Positions 50,016 through 63,366 of a DNA stretch of 64,000 nucleotides are shown here, piece by piece. Both the position numbers and the translations under genes were made by a program. Under the pieces are notes generated by a model, which was not told where the DNA came from, ran no database searches, and saw only the letters and a program-made list of their open reading frames with translations. The number at the start of each line of letters is the position of its first letter. Position 1 is the first letter of the stretch. The DNA is from Octopus sinensis. Taxonomy: Eukaryota. The stretch covers positions 434,001 to 498,000 of the forward strand of contig NC_043010.1 in NCBI RefSeq assembly GCF_006345805.1, in the 5' to 3' direction.

Positions 50016-50627
50016 AATAAAAAAAAAGACATTACCTTAAGAGACAGCAATCCCCATACGTCGAAGCGACCATCATCAGAGTATATCTAAATCAGCATTA
50101 ACCAACATATCTTTCGTTTTTAATTCTGTATGGTTTGATTTTTGTGCAATTTGTCTGCTATTTTTAGCTGGCTGATTAACTACGTGGTGGTTCTCTTTCC
50201 GGCTTGTGTTGTTAATATTATTTTGGGCTGTGTGTGTGTGTGTGTGTGTGTGTGTAGGGTTGGTTGTGTGGCATAGGCGTGAGCATAGTGTGTGGTTAAA
50301 AAGCTCGCTTCTAAGCTACGCGGTTTCGATTCTAGCCATGCTGCGCGGTACCTTGAGCTACTGCTTGCTCCCGATCAATGCCTAGTCAGTGAATTTGGTA
50401 GGTGGAAACAGTGTGTAAAATCATTGTATGTCATTATTCAGTTTTATTTCAAGATTTCTTGCCAATAGAGAAAGAACTGGTTTCTCACCTAGATCCAAGT
50501 CTCCTTCACTGCAATTTTAACGTCAACAACAGGGTATTTTGTTTGTATGTATGTATGTGCAGATTTGTACGTTTTATGTATGTATTCTCATGCATATAGT
50601 TGCATATCTAGACATGCTCATATATAT

Positions 50628-50948
50628 TTAAATGATAAACTTCTGGAAAGTTTTACAGATTTTTATCGTTCCAGTGATGGATTGGATCTGTAGTCTTCAA
50701 ATTAGCTTTCTCCTTTCTGGTTTTGAGAAGCCTAATTTCTCAAGATTGGTATTTAGACAGTGTGTTACATATCCCAGGGCCCCAATAATTAAAGGTATAA
50801 ACCTGAACTTGTAAGCTGCACAGAGTAGCTGCAGATTTCTCAATAATTCAGCATGGGTGTTCTCTTTTTCACTGATCTTCAGCTTTATGTTAACATCCGC
50901 TGGGCAACTAATTTCCACAACTGAGCACAGTTTCTCTTCTCTATCCCA
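50628..50948 (-). mobile_element. RLE-type non-LTR retrotransposon 3' end (R4/Dong-like)
   Basis: WDREEKLCSVVEISCPADVNIKLKISEKENTHAELLRNLQLL...FIPLIIGALG...KLI*RLQIQSITGTIKICKTFQKFII*; one in-frame TGA at 50697-50699. Confidence 0.85.
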
Positions 50949-50979
<31 letters not shown>

Positions 50980-51040
50980 TGTATGTATGTATGTATGTAT
51001 GTAGTATGTATGTATGTATGTATGCATGTATGAATGAAGG

Positions 51041-51480
51041 GCAGCGAACTGGCAGTAACGTTAGCGAAAGGCGGAGAGCTGGCAGAAACGTTAGCACACC
51101 GGGCGAAATGCTTGGTGGTATTTCGTCTACCGCTACGTTCTGTGTTCAAATTCCGTCAAGGTCGACTTTGTCTTTCATCCTTTCGGGGTCGATAAATAAA
51201 GTACCAGTTACGCACTGGAGTCGATGTAATCGACTTAATCCGTTTGTCTGTCCTTGCTTGTCCCCTCTATGTTTACCTCCTTGTGGGCAATAAACAAACA
51301 AGAATCGTTAGCAAAATGCTTAGCGATATTTCGTCTGTCTTTATTATCTGAGCTCAAATTCTGCCGAGGTTGACTTTGCCTTTCATCTTTTCGGGGTCGA
51401 TAAATCAAAGTACCAGTTGCGTACTTGGGTCGATCTAATCAACTGGCCCCCTCCCCCAAAATTTTCGGGCCTTCTACCTC
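51041..51480 (+). mobile_element. Two tandem SINE A copies (both tail subtypes)
   Basis: Cores at ~51140 and ~51360. Confidence 0.85.
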
Positions 51481-52444
51481 GAGGAGAAAAGTATATATGT
51501 GTGTATGTATGTATGTATGTATGTATGTATGTATGTGTTCGTATATATGTGTGTGTACGTGTTTCTACACGCGTACATTATATTATGTAATTACAAGCGT
51601 GTGTATGTTTGTGTATATGTATGTGCATGTGCACGTGTACATATGTGTACACGTGTTGACAATGTGTGTATATGTGTTCTTAAATATGTATGTGTGTGTG
51701 TGTGCGCGCGCGCATGTGGCTATACGTAGTTTTGCATATGAATGTGCTCGCGTTTGTTTCTACATGTTTACATGTGTATAAGCATGTGCACAAATATATG
51801 CATCTTCCTGAATTATACATGCGTGTGTCTCAACGTATATGTATACATGGGTGTATACATGCCGATTTGGTGTGTATATGAGGATGTATATACATACTCA
51901 TGTGCATGTGTATACATCACATGTGCTTACATACAAGTCTACGGGTGCATGTGTATGCATACGTTTACAAGCACACATGTGCATATGTGTGTTTTAATAT
52001 GTGCACATGAAGTGTCATGTATCTGTATCTCTGTGCATGTGAAAGTCTATACGCATGCGTGTTTGTCCACATATTATGGGGTTAGAACACGACGGAGATT
52101 ACATTGCACTCAAAATAAACTTGAATAGATTAGATCAAAATAAGTCCATGACTCACTGGCTCCTTGTGTCTTTGAAAAACAAGATGAATGGATAGGTTGA
52201 TAAATGGTGGGATAAGGTTTATTTTGTTTTTTGTTGTTTTTTGACCCCCAAGAAAGACTTGATCAAACGGACTTATGCTCAGAGGGTATTTAGATATAAC
52301 GGCTACGACTTTTCCCTTCCAAGCATAGTCTATCCTGGACTACATTCACGATGTGTCCTTTTTATTCTCAAGAAGTTTATGCAAGAATTAAGATATCTGT
52401 TGGAGTTTATACACACGCGCGCACACACACATACATACACTCAC

Positions 52445-52485
<41 letters not shown>

Positions 52486-53114
52486 TAAATAGATATGTAT
52501 ATATACATGCAACAATGGTATGGAATGGGTAAGAAGAATCCCGCATATATAGGCAATTATCATTGTTTCTCATTCATTTATACATACATACATAAGCACA
52601 CATGTATATATATATGTGCATATATATATATATATATAAATACAAGCACAGGCATACGCATATACAAACATGCAGAGAAAACGAGGAAGGTTATGAGATG
52701 AGGAGAGAAACAAATATGTAATATACTGAGTTAAGCAATAAAAGATGAGGAAAAGCGTAGAAATATGAAACAAAACAACAACAATGAAAGAGTGTGTACA
52801 ATGAAAATTAATTCGCCAAAGAAAAGACTAGAAAGGCATCGGAGTTTTGGTTTAGATTCATGAAAGAGACGGGAAAAGAATACGGGACTGAAGAGAAAAA
52901 GAAATAGAAACGGTACCGAATTTATGCCTTTTGTTTAAATTGCAGGTCTAATGTGTGTGTGTGTGTCTGTGTGTGGGTTCGTGAATGGTGTGTGTATGTG
53001 TGTTAATATTGCTTACATCATAAGAATCTAAAAACTTCGAATGAATTGAAATAAATTGTTTTAACGGTGGAACTCGATTCACACACACACACACACACCA
53101 CACACACACACACA

Positions 53115-53440
53115 CAACTGGTATTCCGTCGGTTACGACGACGAGGGTTCCAGTTGATCCAGTCAACGGAACAGCCGGCTGGTGAAATTAACGTGTAAGT
53201 GGCTGGGCTCGCCACAGACACGCGCACCCATAACGTAGTTCTCAGGGAGATTCAGCGTGACACAGGGTGTGACAAAGCTGGCCCTTTGAATAACAGGTAC
53301 TACTCATTTTTGCCAGCTGAATGGCCTGGAGCAACGTGAAATACAGTGTCTTGCTGAAGGACACAACGCGCCGTCGGGAATCGAACTCAAAACCTTACAA
53401 TCGTGAGTCGAATACCCTTATCTCTAAGCCAGGCGCTTTC
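53115..53440 (-). mobile_element. SINE D
   Basis: Reverse complement of 38750-39078. Confidence 0.8.
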
Positions 53441-53550
53441 ATCACACATATATGGACACAAACGCGCGCGCAAGCACGCACACACGCACACACGTGCACA
53501 CGCACATACACACTCACGCACACACACATAGCATTTTTTATGTCTAAGTA

Positions 53551-53967
53551 CAGTAGACGCTCACAGTGCAAGTGCACCATTTTATGAGTAATTTGCTGTA
53601 CGAGCCGAGACTTGTGCGAATTTTTGTCTTGAAGTGCGAGCGGAAGTCCGCAGTACGAGCGGAAGTCCGCAGTACGAGCGGAAGTCCGCAGTACGAGCAC
53701 ACAAACCGTCCCATCTTTATTCTGTGAATAAAACCAGTTGACATATTTCTTTTGCATTCTCTTTTTTATAATTGTCATTTTACCTGTGACTAAATCCTTT
53801 CTGTTTTAAAACCCATGAAAAATTATTTTTGAGTGGTTTTGTGGGGCTGAAACGGATTAATTATATTTTAGTTAATTTCAATGGGGAAAATTGATTTGTA
53901 AAACGAGTAGATCGTAAGGCGAACTCGGTTATTTCACGAATTAAACTCGTATTGTGAGGTATCAGTG
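53551..53967. mobile_element. Tigger/pogo-like non-autonomous DNA transposon
   Basis: TA|cagtagacgctcacagtgcaagt ... actcgtattgtgaggtatcagtg|TA: imperfect TIRs flanked by TA. Confidence 0.65.
53637..53698. repeat. 19-bp perfect tandem x3.3 (cgagcggaagtccgcagta)
   Basis: Read directly. Confidence 0.95.
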
Positions 53968-54084
53968 TATTTCATTTTTAGTTGGTCAAGTGATTACACA
54001 AATACTTTCTCCTTAGTTTGATGGTAAATAGCAAGCTCCAGCTAGGCAAAGTGTCTGTTGAAAGGCATGGGTGGCCTTTAATAA

Positions 54085-54400
54085 TCCTTTCTACAATAGG
54101 CAAAAGGCCAGAGATGTTGGGTAAGGGGATTAGACGATTACATCGACCGCAGTACATGTCTGAAATTTATTTCAGCGACCGGGAAGGATGAAAGACAAAG
54201 TCGACCTCGGTGGAATTTGAACTCAGAACGCAAAAACGGACGAAATGCTGCTGTGCGTACTATGATAATTTCAAATTTTGGCACAAGGCCAACAAGTTAC
54301 GGGGGAAAGGGCTAGTCGATTACATCGACCCAAGTGTTCAACTGGTACTTATTTTATCGACCCCGAGAAGATGAAAGGCGAAGTCGACTTCGGCAGAGTT
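54085..54400 (-). mobile_element. Two tandem SINE A fragments
   Basis: The gtcgattacatcgacc...aaagtcgac block is present twice. Confidence 0.8.
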
Positions 54401-54941
54401 TAAAACCATTATTATAGAACGCTTAGCAGCATTTCGTCCGTCTTTACACGCTGAGTTCAAAATGTAAAGATGGCAGAAACGTTTCCTATACTTGTGATAC
54501 TGAGTTCAATCCATCATGTGGATATAATTTTAAGATGAATATAGTCTCCGCCTATCTGACCTAGATCTCGAACCTCCACAAGAACTTAACGAAGGTGCGG
54601 ACTCATATTTCAAGAACTCCACCAGGCAATAGCAACCAACGAGAATTAACAACTACGAAAGATCACCGACAAAAGTTAGCTGAACTGAATGGCTAATAAC
54701 CGCGACTTTATGTAGAGCTCAGCTTTTCAGCATCAGCATCTATGTTTCGGTGGTGCACTGACAGAATAACAGAGCGTCGGACAAAACATCTTGAGGTGTT
54801 TAATTCTAGCCTTTACGTTCCGAGTTCAAATCCTGTCGTGGTTAACTTTACTGTTCATTCATTCGGCCGAGAAAATAAAGTATTGGTCTAGTATTAAGGT
54901 AGGAAGGTCGATGTAATTAACTTACGACAGTGTCTTATCGA

Positions 54942-55249
54942 GGAGGCGCAATGGCCCAGTGGTTAGGGCAGCGGACTCGCGGTCGAAGGATCGCGGTTTC
55001 GATTCCCAGACCGGGCGTTGTGTGTGTTTATTGAGCGAAAACACCTAAAAGCTCCACGATGCTCCAGCAGGGGGGTGGGTGACCCCTGTTATACTCTTTC
55101 ACCACAACTTTCTCTCACTATTTCTTCCTGTTTCTTGAGTAACGCTGCGATGGACTGGCATCCCGTCCAGTTGGGGGGAACACATACGCCACAGAAACCG
55201 GGAAACTGGGCCCATGAGCCTGGCTAGGCTTGAAAAAGGCGACGAAAAA
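54942..55249 (+). mobile_element. SINE, family C, with 13-bp TSD
   Basis: A box tggcccagtgg and B box ggtttcgattccc; agtgtcttatcga at 54929-54941 and 55250-55262. Confidence 0.9.
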
Positions 55250-55904
55250 AGTGTCTTATCGAACAAGAGATAACATTCTTATCGCATTTTCTTAATGCTG
55301 CTTGAGTTTTAAAAGCGAGCGAGGGTCAACCACAATGGTTTCATTATTCAGTCAAGAACTGAGAGCCCAAGGATTATTAACTTTGAAAGACATAACGAGG
55401 CACCAATTCCATACAAATCTTATAATTAATGGAATTTTTGGCATGTCCTCAAAATGACCAACATAAGTCGACATAAAAGTTTAGCATCAAAAGTTTAGAC
55501 TGATAGAATTTCTGGTTCTATTTCCAGAAGACCAAGTATGTTTTCAGATGATCTGATACATGTTACCAAATGATCTTATAGAAATTTCCAGATGATCTGA
55601 TATTTGTTTTCAGATTATCTGATTTGTTTGTTGGTGATCTGATACCTGCTTCCAGGAGCTAAGTAACCTATGTCAATGAAAAATTATAAAAGTTCTGTCA
55701 AAATATAAAACGGAATATCCGCAGTGGATTCGAACTCAAGAATTTTCAGATGGTAAATAGTTTGGTCATTTTATTTTTACACAGCTTTCTGTGAGAAAAA
55801 ATCCGTTATGTAGTTTGTTTACTCTAGTTGTAATCAGTTCTTGTAAGTTTAAAATTATCCTAATCTTAATCTTTTAAGTAATTCCATTCTCACCAAGGAT
55901 GGTT

Positions 55905-56060
55905 TATTAGATCAATCCTATTATTTAAGCTGGTACCTTATTTTCTCAATCCCCAGAAGGATGAAAGGCAAAGCTGACGTTGGGTAGGATTTGAATTTAG
56001 AACGTAAAAGATCGCAACAAATATCGAAAGGTATTTAGTTCGGCGCTTTAACGATTCTGC
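55905..56060 (-). mobile_element. SINE A (diverged)
   Basis: gaaggatgaaaggcaaagctgacgttgggtaggatttgaatttagaacgt. Confidence 0.75.
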
Positions 56061-56834
56061 TAAACAGCCACAGGAACAGAAACAAATTCCACAACTTCTG
56101 AATTTTCGTCTCTGAAAAGAGAAAAATAAATGTTCATTTTTTCATAGTAATTAGTTCCGTACGTTTAGGCATGTCGGGTTGTGACTTTAACTTTTACTTC
56201 CCGAGGGTAGGGTCTATAAGGGAGTGGGTAGATTAACTACGCAGTAGGCATCTTCTTGGATTCACTCAACTATACCTAAATACATGCCTATCCATACACC
56301 TCCTGATAACATGTGGCCTGGTGCCAATAGAAAAAATCAATAATGTTACAAGTTCATTTGAAGTATTTGAAAAATGAGAAACATAATCTTGACTAAACAA
56401 AAGACTGCTTGATTCGGGTTAAACAATAGGTTAAAGGTTGAAGCATCCTGTTTGAATAGCTATTCTAGCAGACAATTCCATCACGCTACGATTTGCAAAA
56501 GGGGATAGAGCAGGTTAAAATGGGATGCATACACACATGATGAATTACGATACTTCAGCTGCTCTCTGAAAAGCCCAAGAGAATAAGGTTGTGTGCATTT
56601 GCTAATATGATGATACGCATCTCCCTGATGTATTTAAAGGATGATGCATCTCTTACAATAGTTAATGAACAAAATTAATTAAAACTCATTACAAAGCCGG
56701 ATTATGACTTAATGCAAAGCAGATGTGAAGTGTCAGAGATGTTTTGTGTATAATATATTGAATTCGATTCCTCGAAGATAACCATCAGATAATATAGTTT
56801 GTAGACTGTAATTCGCAATGATGTTATACTTTAC

Positions 56835-56956
56835 TTCCTTCTATTGGCTTGGTCTGGCGGCCAGAGAGGAGGCTCCACCCATGGCCTTCACAGTTCATCC
56901 GGGACCACTGACATCAATGCGTATGATGTTCCACTTCAAAATCTCTAAGTTGGTGG
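56835..56956 (-). other. Candidate host exon (122 nt), product unknown
   Basis: Acceptor tttttttttcttttcctgcag|CCACC; unique, GC-richer sequence; possible donor GGAA|gtaaag. Confidence 0.4.
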
Positions 56957-57319
56957 CTGCAGGAAAAGAAAAAAAAAGACATATGATGAAAAGGAGCTCC
57001 AGGGGTAAAGGGGAGGAAGAATTGGACGCAGAAGTTTAGTGTGGGAGCTAAAGGGTTGCTGATAGACACAGTATGGGCGAGAAGAGGAGGAAAGATGATT
57101 ATTCGGAAATGCATTAGTGGAGGTAGCACGATAACAGATGTTTTTGAGGAACAGAGGTCATTGAGGAAGCAGTAGAGAAGGTAGAGAGAGGGAGGAAGAG
57201 AGAGAGAGAGAGAGAGAGAAAGAGGGAAACAGATGGCGAGAGAGAGGGAGAGAAAGAAAGAGAGAAGAGATAAAGGGAGAGAGAGTGGGAGAGAGAAAGA
57301 GAGGGAGAGAGAGAGGGTG

Positions 57320-57375
57320 AGGTACATTTGTGAACTAGGGGTTTGAGGTACATTTATGAACTAGGGGTTTGAGGT
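57320..57375. repeat. 26-bp tandem duplication (ggtacattt(g/a)tgaactaggggtttga)
   Basis: Read directly. Confidence 0.9.
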
Positions 57376-57748
57376 GAGTGACATTCATCCAATCATTTGG
57401 TGGATGTTTTAGAGGTGCAGAGAAGGTGGTGTGTATGTCTGGGTATGTTTTGGCAGTCATTTTGGTGCCGCCCATTTAGCGTTGCTGATTCAATGCCGAC
57501 TTATTTGACATCTGACGTTTTGATGTTTCTTTCGTTCTCGCCCTCTCCTTTCTCTCTCCTCTCTTCTCCCCCTCTCTTCCTCTCTCTTTATTTCCTTTTC
57601 AGTTTATGTAGGTGAACATATTTCTTTTTATGTGTCTGAGGAGAGGGTATCTTTTTATATCAATCATTTTCAATTAATAAACTGTTGTATCTCTTTCTGC
57701 CTCTCTCCTTTCTTACTCCTTCTCTATACATCTGTATGTGTATATACC

Positions 57749-57980
57749 TATTTCTTTACTACCCACAAGGGGCTAAACACAGAGGGAACAAACAAGGACA
57801 GACAAACGGATTAAGTCGATTACATCGACCCCAGTGCGTAACTGATACTTAACTTATCGACCCCGAAAGGATGAAAGGCAAAGTCGATCTCGGCGGAATT
57901 TGAACTCAGAACGTAACGGCAGACGAAATACGGCTACGCATTTCGCCCGACGTGCTAGCGTTTCTGCCAGCTCTCCGCCT
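57749..57980 (-). mobile_element. SINE A, full length, with probable TSD
   Basis: tctgtatgtgtatatac (57731-57747) and tctgtttgtgtatatat (57981-57997). Confidence 0.9.
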
Positions 57981-58469
57981 TCTGTTTGTGTATATATCAG
58001 TGCAGGATCGCGCCTGTGTCTGTTTAACTCTAGCGTCTAAAAGTACTGTCACAAAAAACAGGCTGAATGTCTAGTCAGCCGTGGCAAATCGTCTGCGCCC
58101 AAACAACTGCGCCACATCGTTTCATTCTGTGCACGCATAGGATCAACCATGTCATAAATGTGAAAACAGGGTCCAGTTGTTAGTCTCACAATAGACAACA
58201 TGTATCCTTAAATTATTCAGTTTTAATATATTTCGTAATATTTCTCATTTATCGAAAAATTATTGATATTATGCTCAAGTCTTAGTTTATTAAACTCCGT
58301 TTTCTCTTTTCTTGAAGTGTTGTTTCATATTCTCTTGAGAACAGCTGACATTTCTCAGGGAATTCTATGTTATGCTAATTTCTACATACATCCTTACGTG
58401 TGTAAACACGTATGTATGTATGTATGTATGTATGTATGTATGTATGTATGTATGTATGTATGTATGTAT

Positions 58470-58569
58470 NNNNNNNNNNNNNNNNNNNNNNNNNNNNNNN
58501 NNNNNNNNNNNNNNNNNNNNNNNNNNNNNNNNNNNNNNNNNNNNNNNNNNNNNNNNNNNNNNNNNNNNN
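58470..58569. other. Assembly gap (100 N) after (GTAT)n
   Basis: Run of N. Confidence 1.
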
Positions 58570-58983
58570 GGATAGAGTGATTCCGAAATTCCACTGTAAG
58601 TAATATTTAAAGCAATTTAGTTACACGTTATAAAAGATTACAAAAATACTGCGTTAGCAGAAAACTCTACTGTATAATATAAAAAGTAAGCATTATTATG
58701 GTGTCAGAAGACAGAATTTTGCCTTCTGATAAAATGCTTAGCAAAGTTTCATTCGTTTTTAAGTTCTGAGTTCAAATTCTGCTGGGGTTGACTCTGCTTT
58801 TTTCCTTCAGGGGGTCAATAAAATAAGGGATCTTTTCTGTTTGGCTCACACATTTTTACAGAAAAGATCCAAAATAAGTAACAGTCGAGTGCTGGGGTCG
58901 ACGTAATTCATTAGTCACCTCCCACTTTCATTTCAGTCCTTGTGCTTACGGCAGAATTATTATGGAGTCATGTTTAAAATGTC

Positions 58984-59492
58984 ATGTACGATCTCCCTAA
59001 GATTCATAATGATGGTATTCCATTAAGACCAATAGTGAGCTGTAGAGGTTCAGCATGTCATCCACTGAGTCGCTTTCTTGTGGATATAATCAGTCCATTA
59101 GCAGGAAAGTCAACATCGTACGTGAAGAATTCCACTCACTTCACAGAATTGATCAAGGATACTCCCATTGAATCCAACCAGATGGTAAGTCTAGATGTGA
59201 TAAGTCTGTTCACCAAAGTCCCAACTGGTGAAGCACTATCGGTGATTCAAGAAAAACTAGTGATAGACACCCATCTAAAAGAACGCACTAGTATACCAAT
59301 AAAAAACTTGATGGAAATGTTGACCTTCTGTGTAAAAACTACCTACTTCAGTATGGACACAGATATATATCTACAAGAGGAGGGTTTAGCTATGGGTTCA
59401 CCATTATCAACGATAATAGCCAATATACATGGAATACTTTGAGAGTTTGGCTTTAGGATCAACATCACTAAAACCAACTCTATGGCTACAAT
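58984..59492 (+). pseudogene. Penelope-like reverse transcriptase fragment
   Basis: YDLPKIHNDGIPLRPIVS...SYVKNS...SLDVISLFTKVP...GLAMGSPLS.IIANI, frameshift, then MEYFE...PTLWLQYVDD. Confidence 0.9.
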
Positions 59493-60344
59493 ATGTTGAT
59501 GACATATGTATGTGTGTGTGCACGCATATATATATATATATTTGCACACACATACTTCCATATGCACACATACACACATATATATGTGGAAGATCGCATG
59601 TGTGGGTCACACCTTGTCATTGTATGGTACATGTGAAAGTAGAGTATATGATTGTTGCCTAGGTGGGTTGGTTTCCTTTGTCACTGTGATGTTTGGTGTA
59701 AGATTATTATGGAGAAGGCTGGTTGTGTGTCTTGTCAACATGAACAAAGCTTGCAAACATTTTATATATTTAAGGAAAGGCTACACACACACACACACAC
59801 ACACACACAACATACATACATACATGGTTTTTCGGATACTCTTTGAAGAGAAACTAAGGGCATAGGCATTTACTTTCATAGCATCTAAATTCTAAAGACA
59901 TTAATGGTATATTCTAGAGACAGGAATGAAAATTGAGATGTGAGTTTATCTGAATCTACTCTTGTGTCTGGTTTGCTGTAGGCAACAATGGAATAACGTT
60001 TTTAACTACTTTCACTCAGCCATCGGTGAGAGTCTAGGAGTTGTGAACCTGCCAAGCATTGCTAAATCCTTGCCCTTGGTTTTGACAGCATTTGGGTTTT
60101 TCCACTAGAAAACTAGGAAAGCCAAGGACATTCATTTTTGCTCTGGCTTCTGTGGCATGATCTCCTACACGTTGATTGGTCGATAAATAAAACATACACG
60201 TGATCATTGCATGTTTCATTTGTGGTACTAGCCTGATAAATGAAAGAACTGGGTTCAAACCCCAGTTCTCACTACATGTTGAACAAACGTATCTGTGGGC
60301 CATAACTTGTCATTCTAACTACTAACTACCTACTTTCAGTTAGT

Positions 60345-60640
60345 GGAGGCACATGACCTAGTGGTTAGAGCAGCAAACCCGTGGTTGAGGGATCGTGGAT
60401 TCGAATCTCAGACCGGGCGATGTATGTGTTTATGAGCGAAACGCCTAAGCTCTACATGGCTCCAACAGAAGGTAATGGTGAGCTTCTGTTGACTCTTTCG
60501 CCACAACTTTCTCCCAATCTTTTCTCCTGCATCTTGCAGCTTACCGGTGACGGACCGGCATCCCATACAGGTGGGGAACCTATACGCCGAGGAAACTGGG
60601 AAACCAGCCCTTATAAGCCAGGCATGGCTCGAGAAGGAAC
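60345..60640 (+). mobile_element. SINE C-related copy
   Basis: Colinear with 54942-55249. Confidence 0.8.
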
Positions 60641-61320
60641 AAACTTTCAGTTAGAAATGATATAAGGCTACACAGTAACAGCAACAACAATAACAACAAC
60701 ACAATAGAGCTAACAAAGGAGTCTCCTATATGGTTACTCCACTTGCTAGAACTAGTAGCTAAACTCCTTCAAGTTACATCATAGTATGTTATAAAGAAAA
60801 AGGACACATTTGGTGATGTAGTCCTTTATAAACTGCCTGAAACAGAGCAGTCAGTATGGTGCTTTTAATTATATGTGCATTTGTTTCAGGCTGATCTGGG
60901 GCTAAGCAACAACAACAACAACAGGCAGACATACAAATACGAAGGCACAGACACATAGGAACTCCGAAATTATAGCAGCAAACTTGTCTCTCAATCTCTC
61001 TCTCTCTCTTTCTCTTTCTCTCTCTTTTCTATTAACTCTCTCATTGTTAACAATCTCCCCCTATTTTTTCTACACATCATTCAGACTCACCCAAACACAC
61101 AAACACAAACAAACAACCCCACACAAATGTAGGGATACACTGCACACACACACACACACATCACATAAAGACAAACTGCTCCACCCAATTATCCCACCCC
61201 AAACAGACACATATGTGCACACACACACACACACACACATTCAATAAAGCTCACATGTACACGCACACAGAGATGTGTCCTTCGTCCACCATCATTACCA
61301 TTGCCAAATAGCTTGCTTGG

Positions 61321-61355
<35 letters not shown>

Positions 61356-62120
61356 ACAAGAGACAGATTTTCTGCCATCTATTTCAACTGTATACACAAA
61401 TACACAAGCTAATATACACAGTTTCTCCTTTTATCCCCACCACCACAACTGCTGCTGCTATTGCCACCACCCTTGCCACCGCCATCACCACTGTAATCAC
61501 CACCACCCCCCCCACCCCCACAAACACCACAAACACTCTCACCACCACCACTGTCACTATCACCATCAACACCACACAACTCCCCCACCCCACAACTACT
61601 ACATATACCCCAAAAAACTACACATGGCAAAAGCTCCACAGCACTGCCCTGCTTTCTCCACCACCACCACCATCACCCGCACTTCTGTTACAAATACACA
61701 AACAAACACTCCATACATAGGGGTAGCTATACTTCACAACAGACAACGCCACCAGCAAGAAATCCCTAACACCACCAAAACCAACTTCATCACCACTACC
61801 AACACTACGACCAATACTATCACATCCATCAACACCACCACTGACACCAGTATAAACACCAAAATTTTACACAGGTACACAACCACTACAATCATACACA
61901 CACACACACACACACAAGCAGCTCGTTAACCCAACTTGCACCCTCACATCAACCAGCCAACCAGCCACACAGCTAACATACACAGGTTTTCATTCACAGT
62001 TACACACACACACACGCACACAGCCCCTTTGCTCCGCATGGTCTCATCATGCTCCCTCCCCCTTTCATTTACCATTGATCTGCCATCCAATGTCACTAAT
62101 TGACTTCAACTGTGGAAATT

Positions 62121-62173
62121 TGATTATTAAATATCGTTAAGTTTTAATGGCAGTCTTTCGAGGTGGATACATG

Positions 62174-62231
<58 letters not shown>

Positions 62232-63285
62232 CATATATATATATATACATATACATGTTTGTGTGTCTGTGTACGTGTATATGTATATATATGTGTGTGT
62301 GTCAGTGCATGTGTATTTATATATGTGTTTGTGTGTGTCTGTGTGCATATATATGTGCATATATGTGTATGCACATGTGTCTGTGTGTGTGTATATGTGC
62401 ATACATGTGTGTTTGTATGTGTGTCTGTTTGTCTGTGCGCATGTGTATATGTATATATGTGTCTGTTTCTATATATGCATGTATGTATGTATCTATGTAT
62501 GTATGTATGTATGTTTGTGAATGTGTATGCCTATTAAACATTGTTAAATTTCAAGGGGAGTGCTTATGTGTGTTTGTGTGTATCAGTTCTCTATGTATAT
62601 GTACATATGTATATCTTTCTATGTGGATATATACATGTTTGTGTTAATCTGTATTTGTCAATATATATGTGTGTGTATGTGTGCATATATATTTGTATAT
62701 ACGTGTGTTTGTGTCTTTATATATGCATGTATGTGTTTTATTCTCTGGCGTGATTATTAACCATTGTTAAATTCTAATGAGTCTCTATGTGTGTATACAT
62801 GTTTGTGTGTGTCTTAAGGCCTTAAGTATATGTAAATATACGTGTGTGTATTTGCATGGGTGTTTATATATGATGATTCATGTATGCATATGTATATTTT
62901 TGTGTATACACTCACATGCACACATACATACACACACACACACACATAAAATATATGTATGTGTATGTGTGTCAGTGTATGTATATTTGTATATAATTAT
63001 GTGTGTCAGTGTATGTATATTTGGATATAATTATTAACCATCGTTAACTTCTAATGATAGTCATTTTAGGGTGGTGATAGGTTATCTCTCTCTCTCTCTC
63101 TCGCTCTCTTTCTATACATGTGTGTGTGTGTGTGTATTTATATATTTTTGTATGTTTATATATTTTTGTATGTGTGATTGTACCTGTATATGTGAATGGG
63201 TATATATGAATGTGTGTATGATTATTAACCATCATTAAGATCCAATAGCAATCATTTCAAACTGGGTCTGATGATATTAATTAGT

Positions 63286-63321
<36 letters not shown>

Positions 63322-63333
63322 TGTGTATGTGTG

Positions 63334-63366
<33 letters not shown>

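Noticed and set aside
50050-50090. Minus-strand CTGATGA plus gtcg-ctt-cgac hairpin
   Set aside because: Only half of a hammerhead; GAAA and the cleavage triplet are missing.
54942-55015. tRNA gene
   Set aside because: The A/B boxes belong to a SINE head that continues into a 300-bp body with a 13-bp TSD; no complete cloverleaf acceptor stem.
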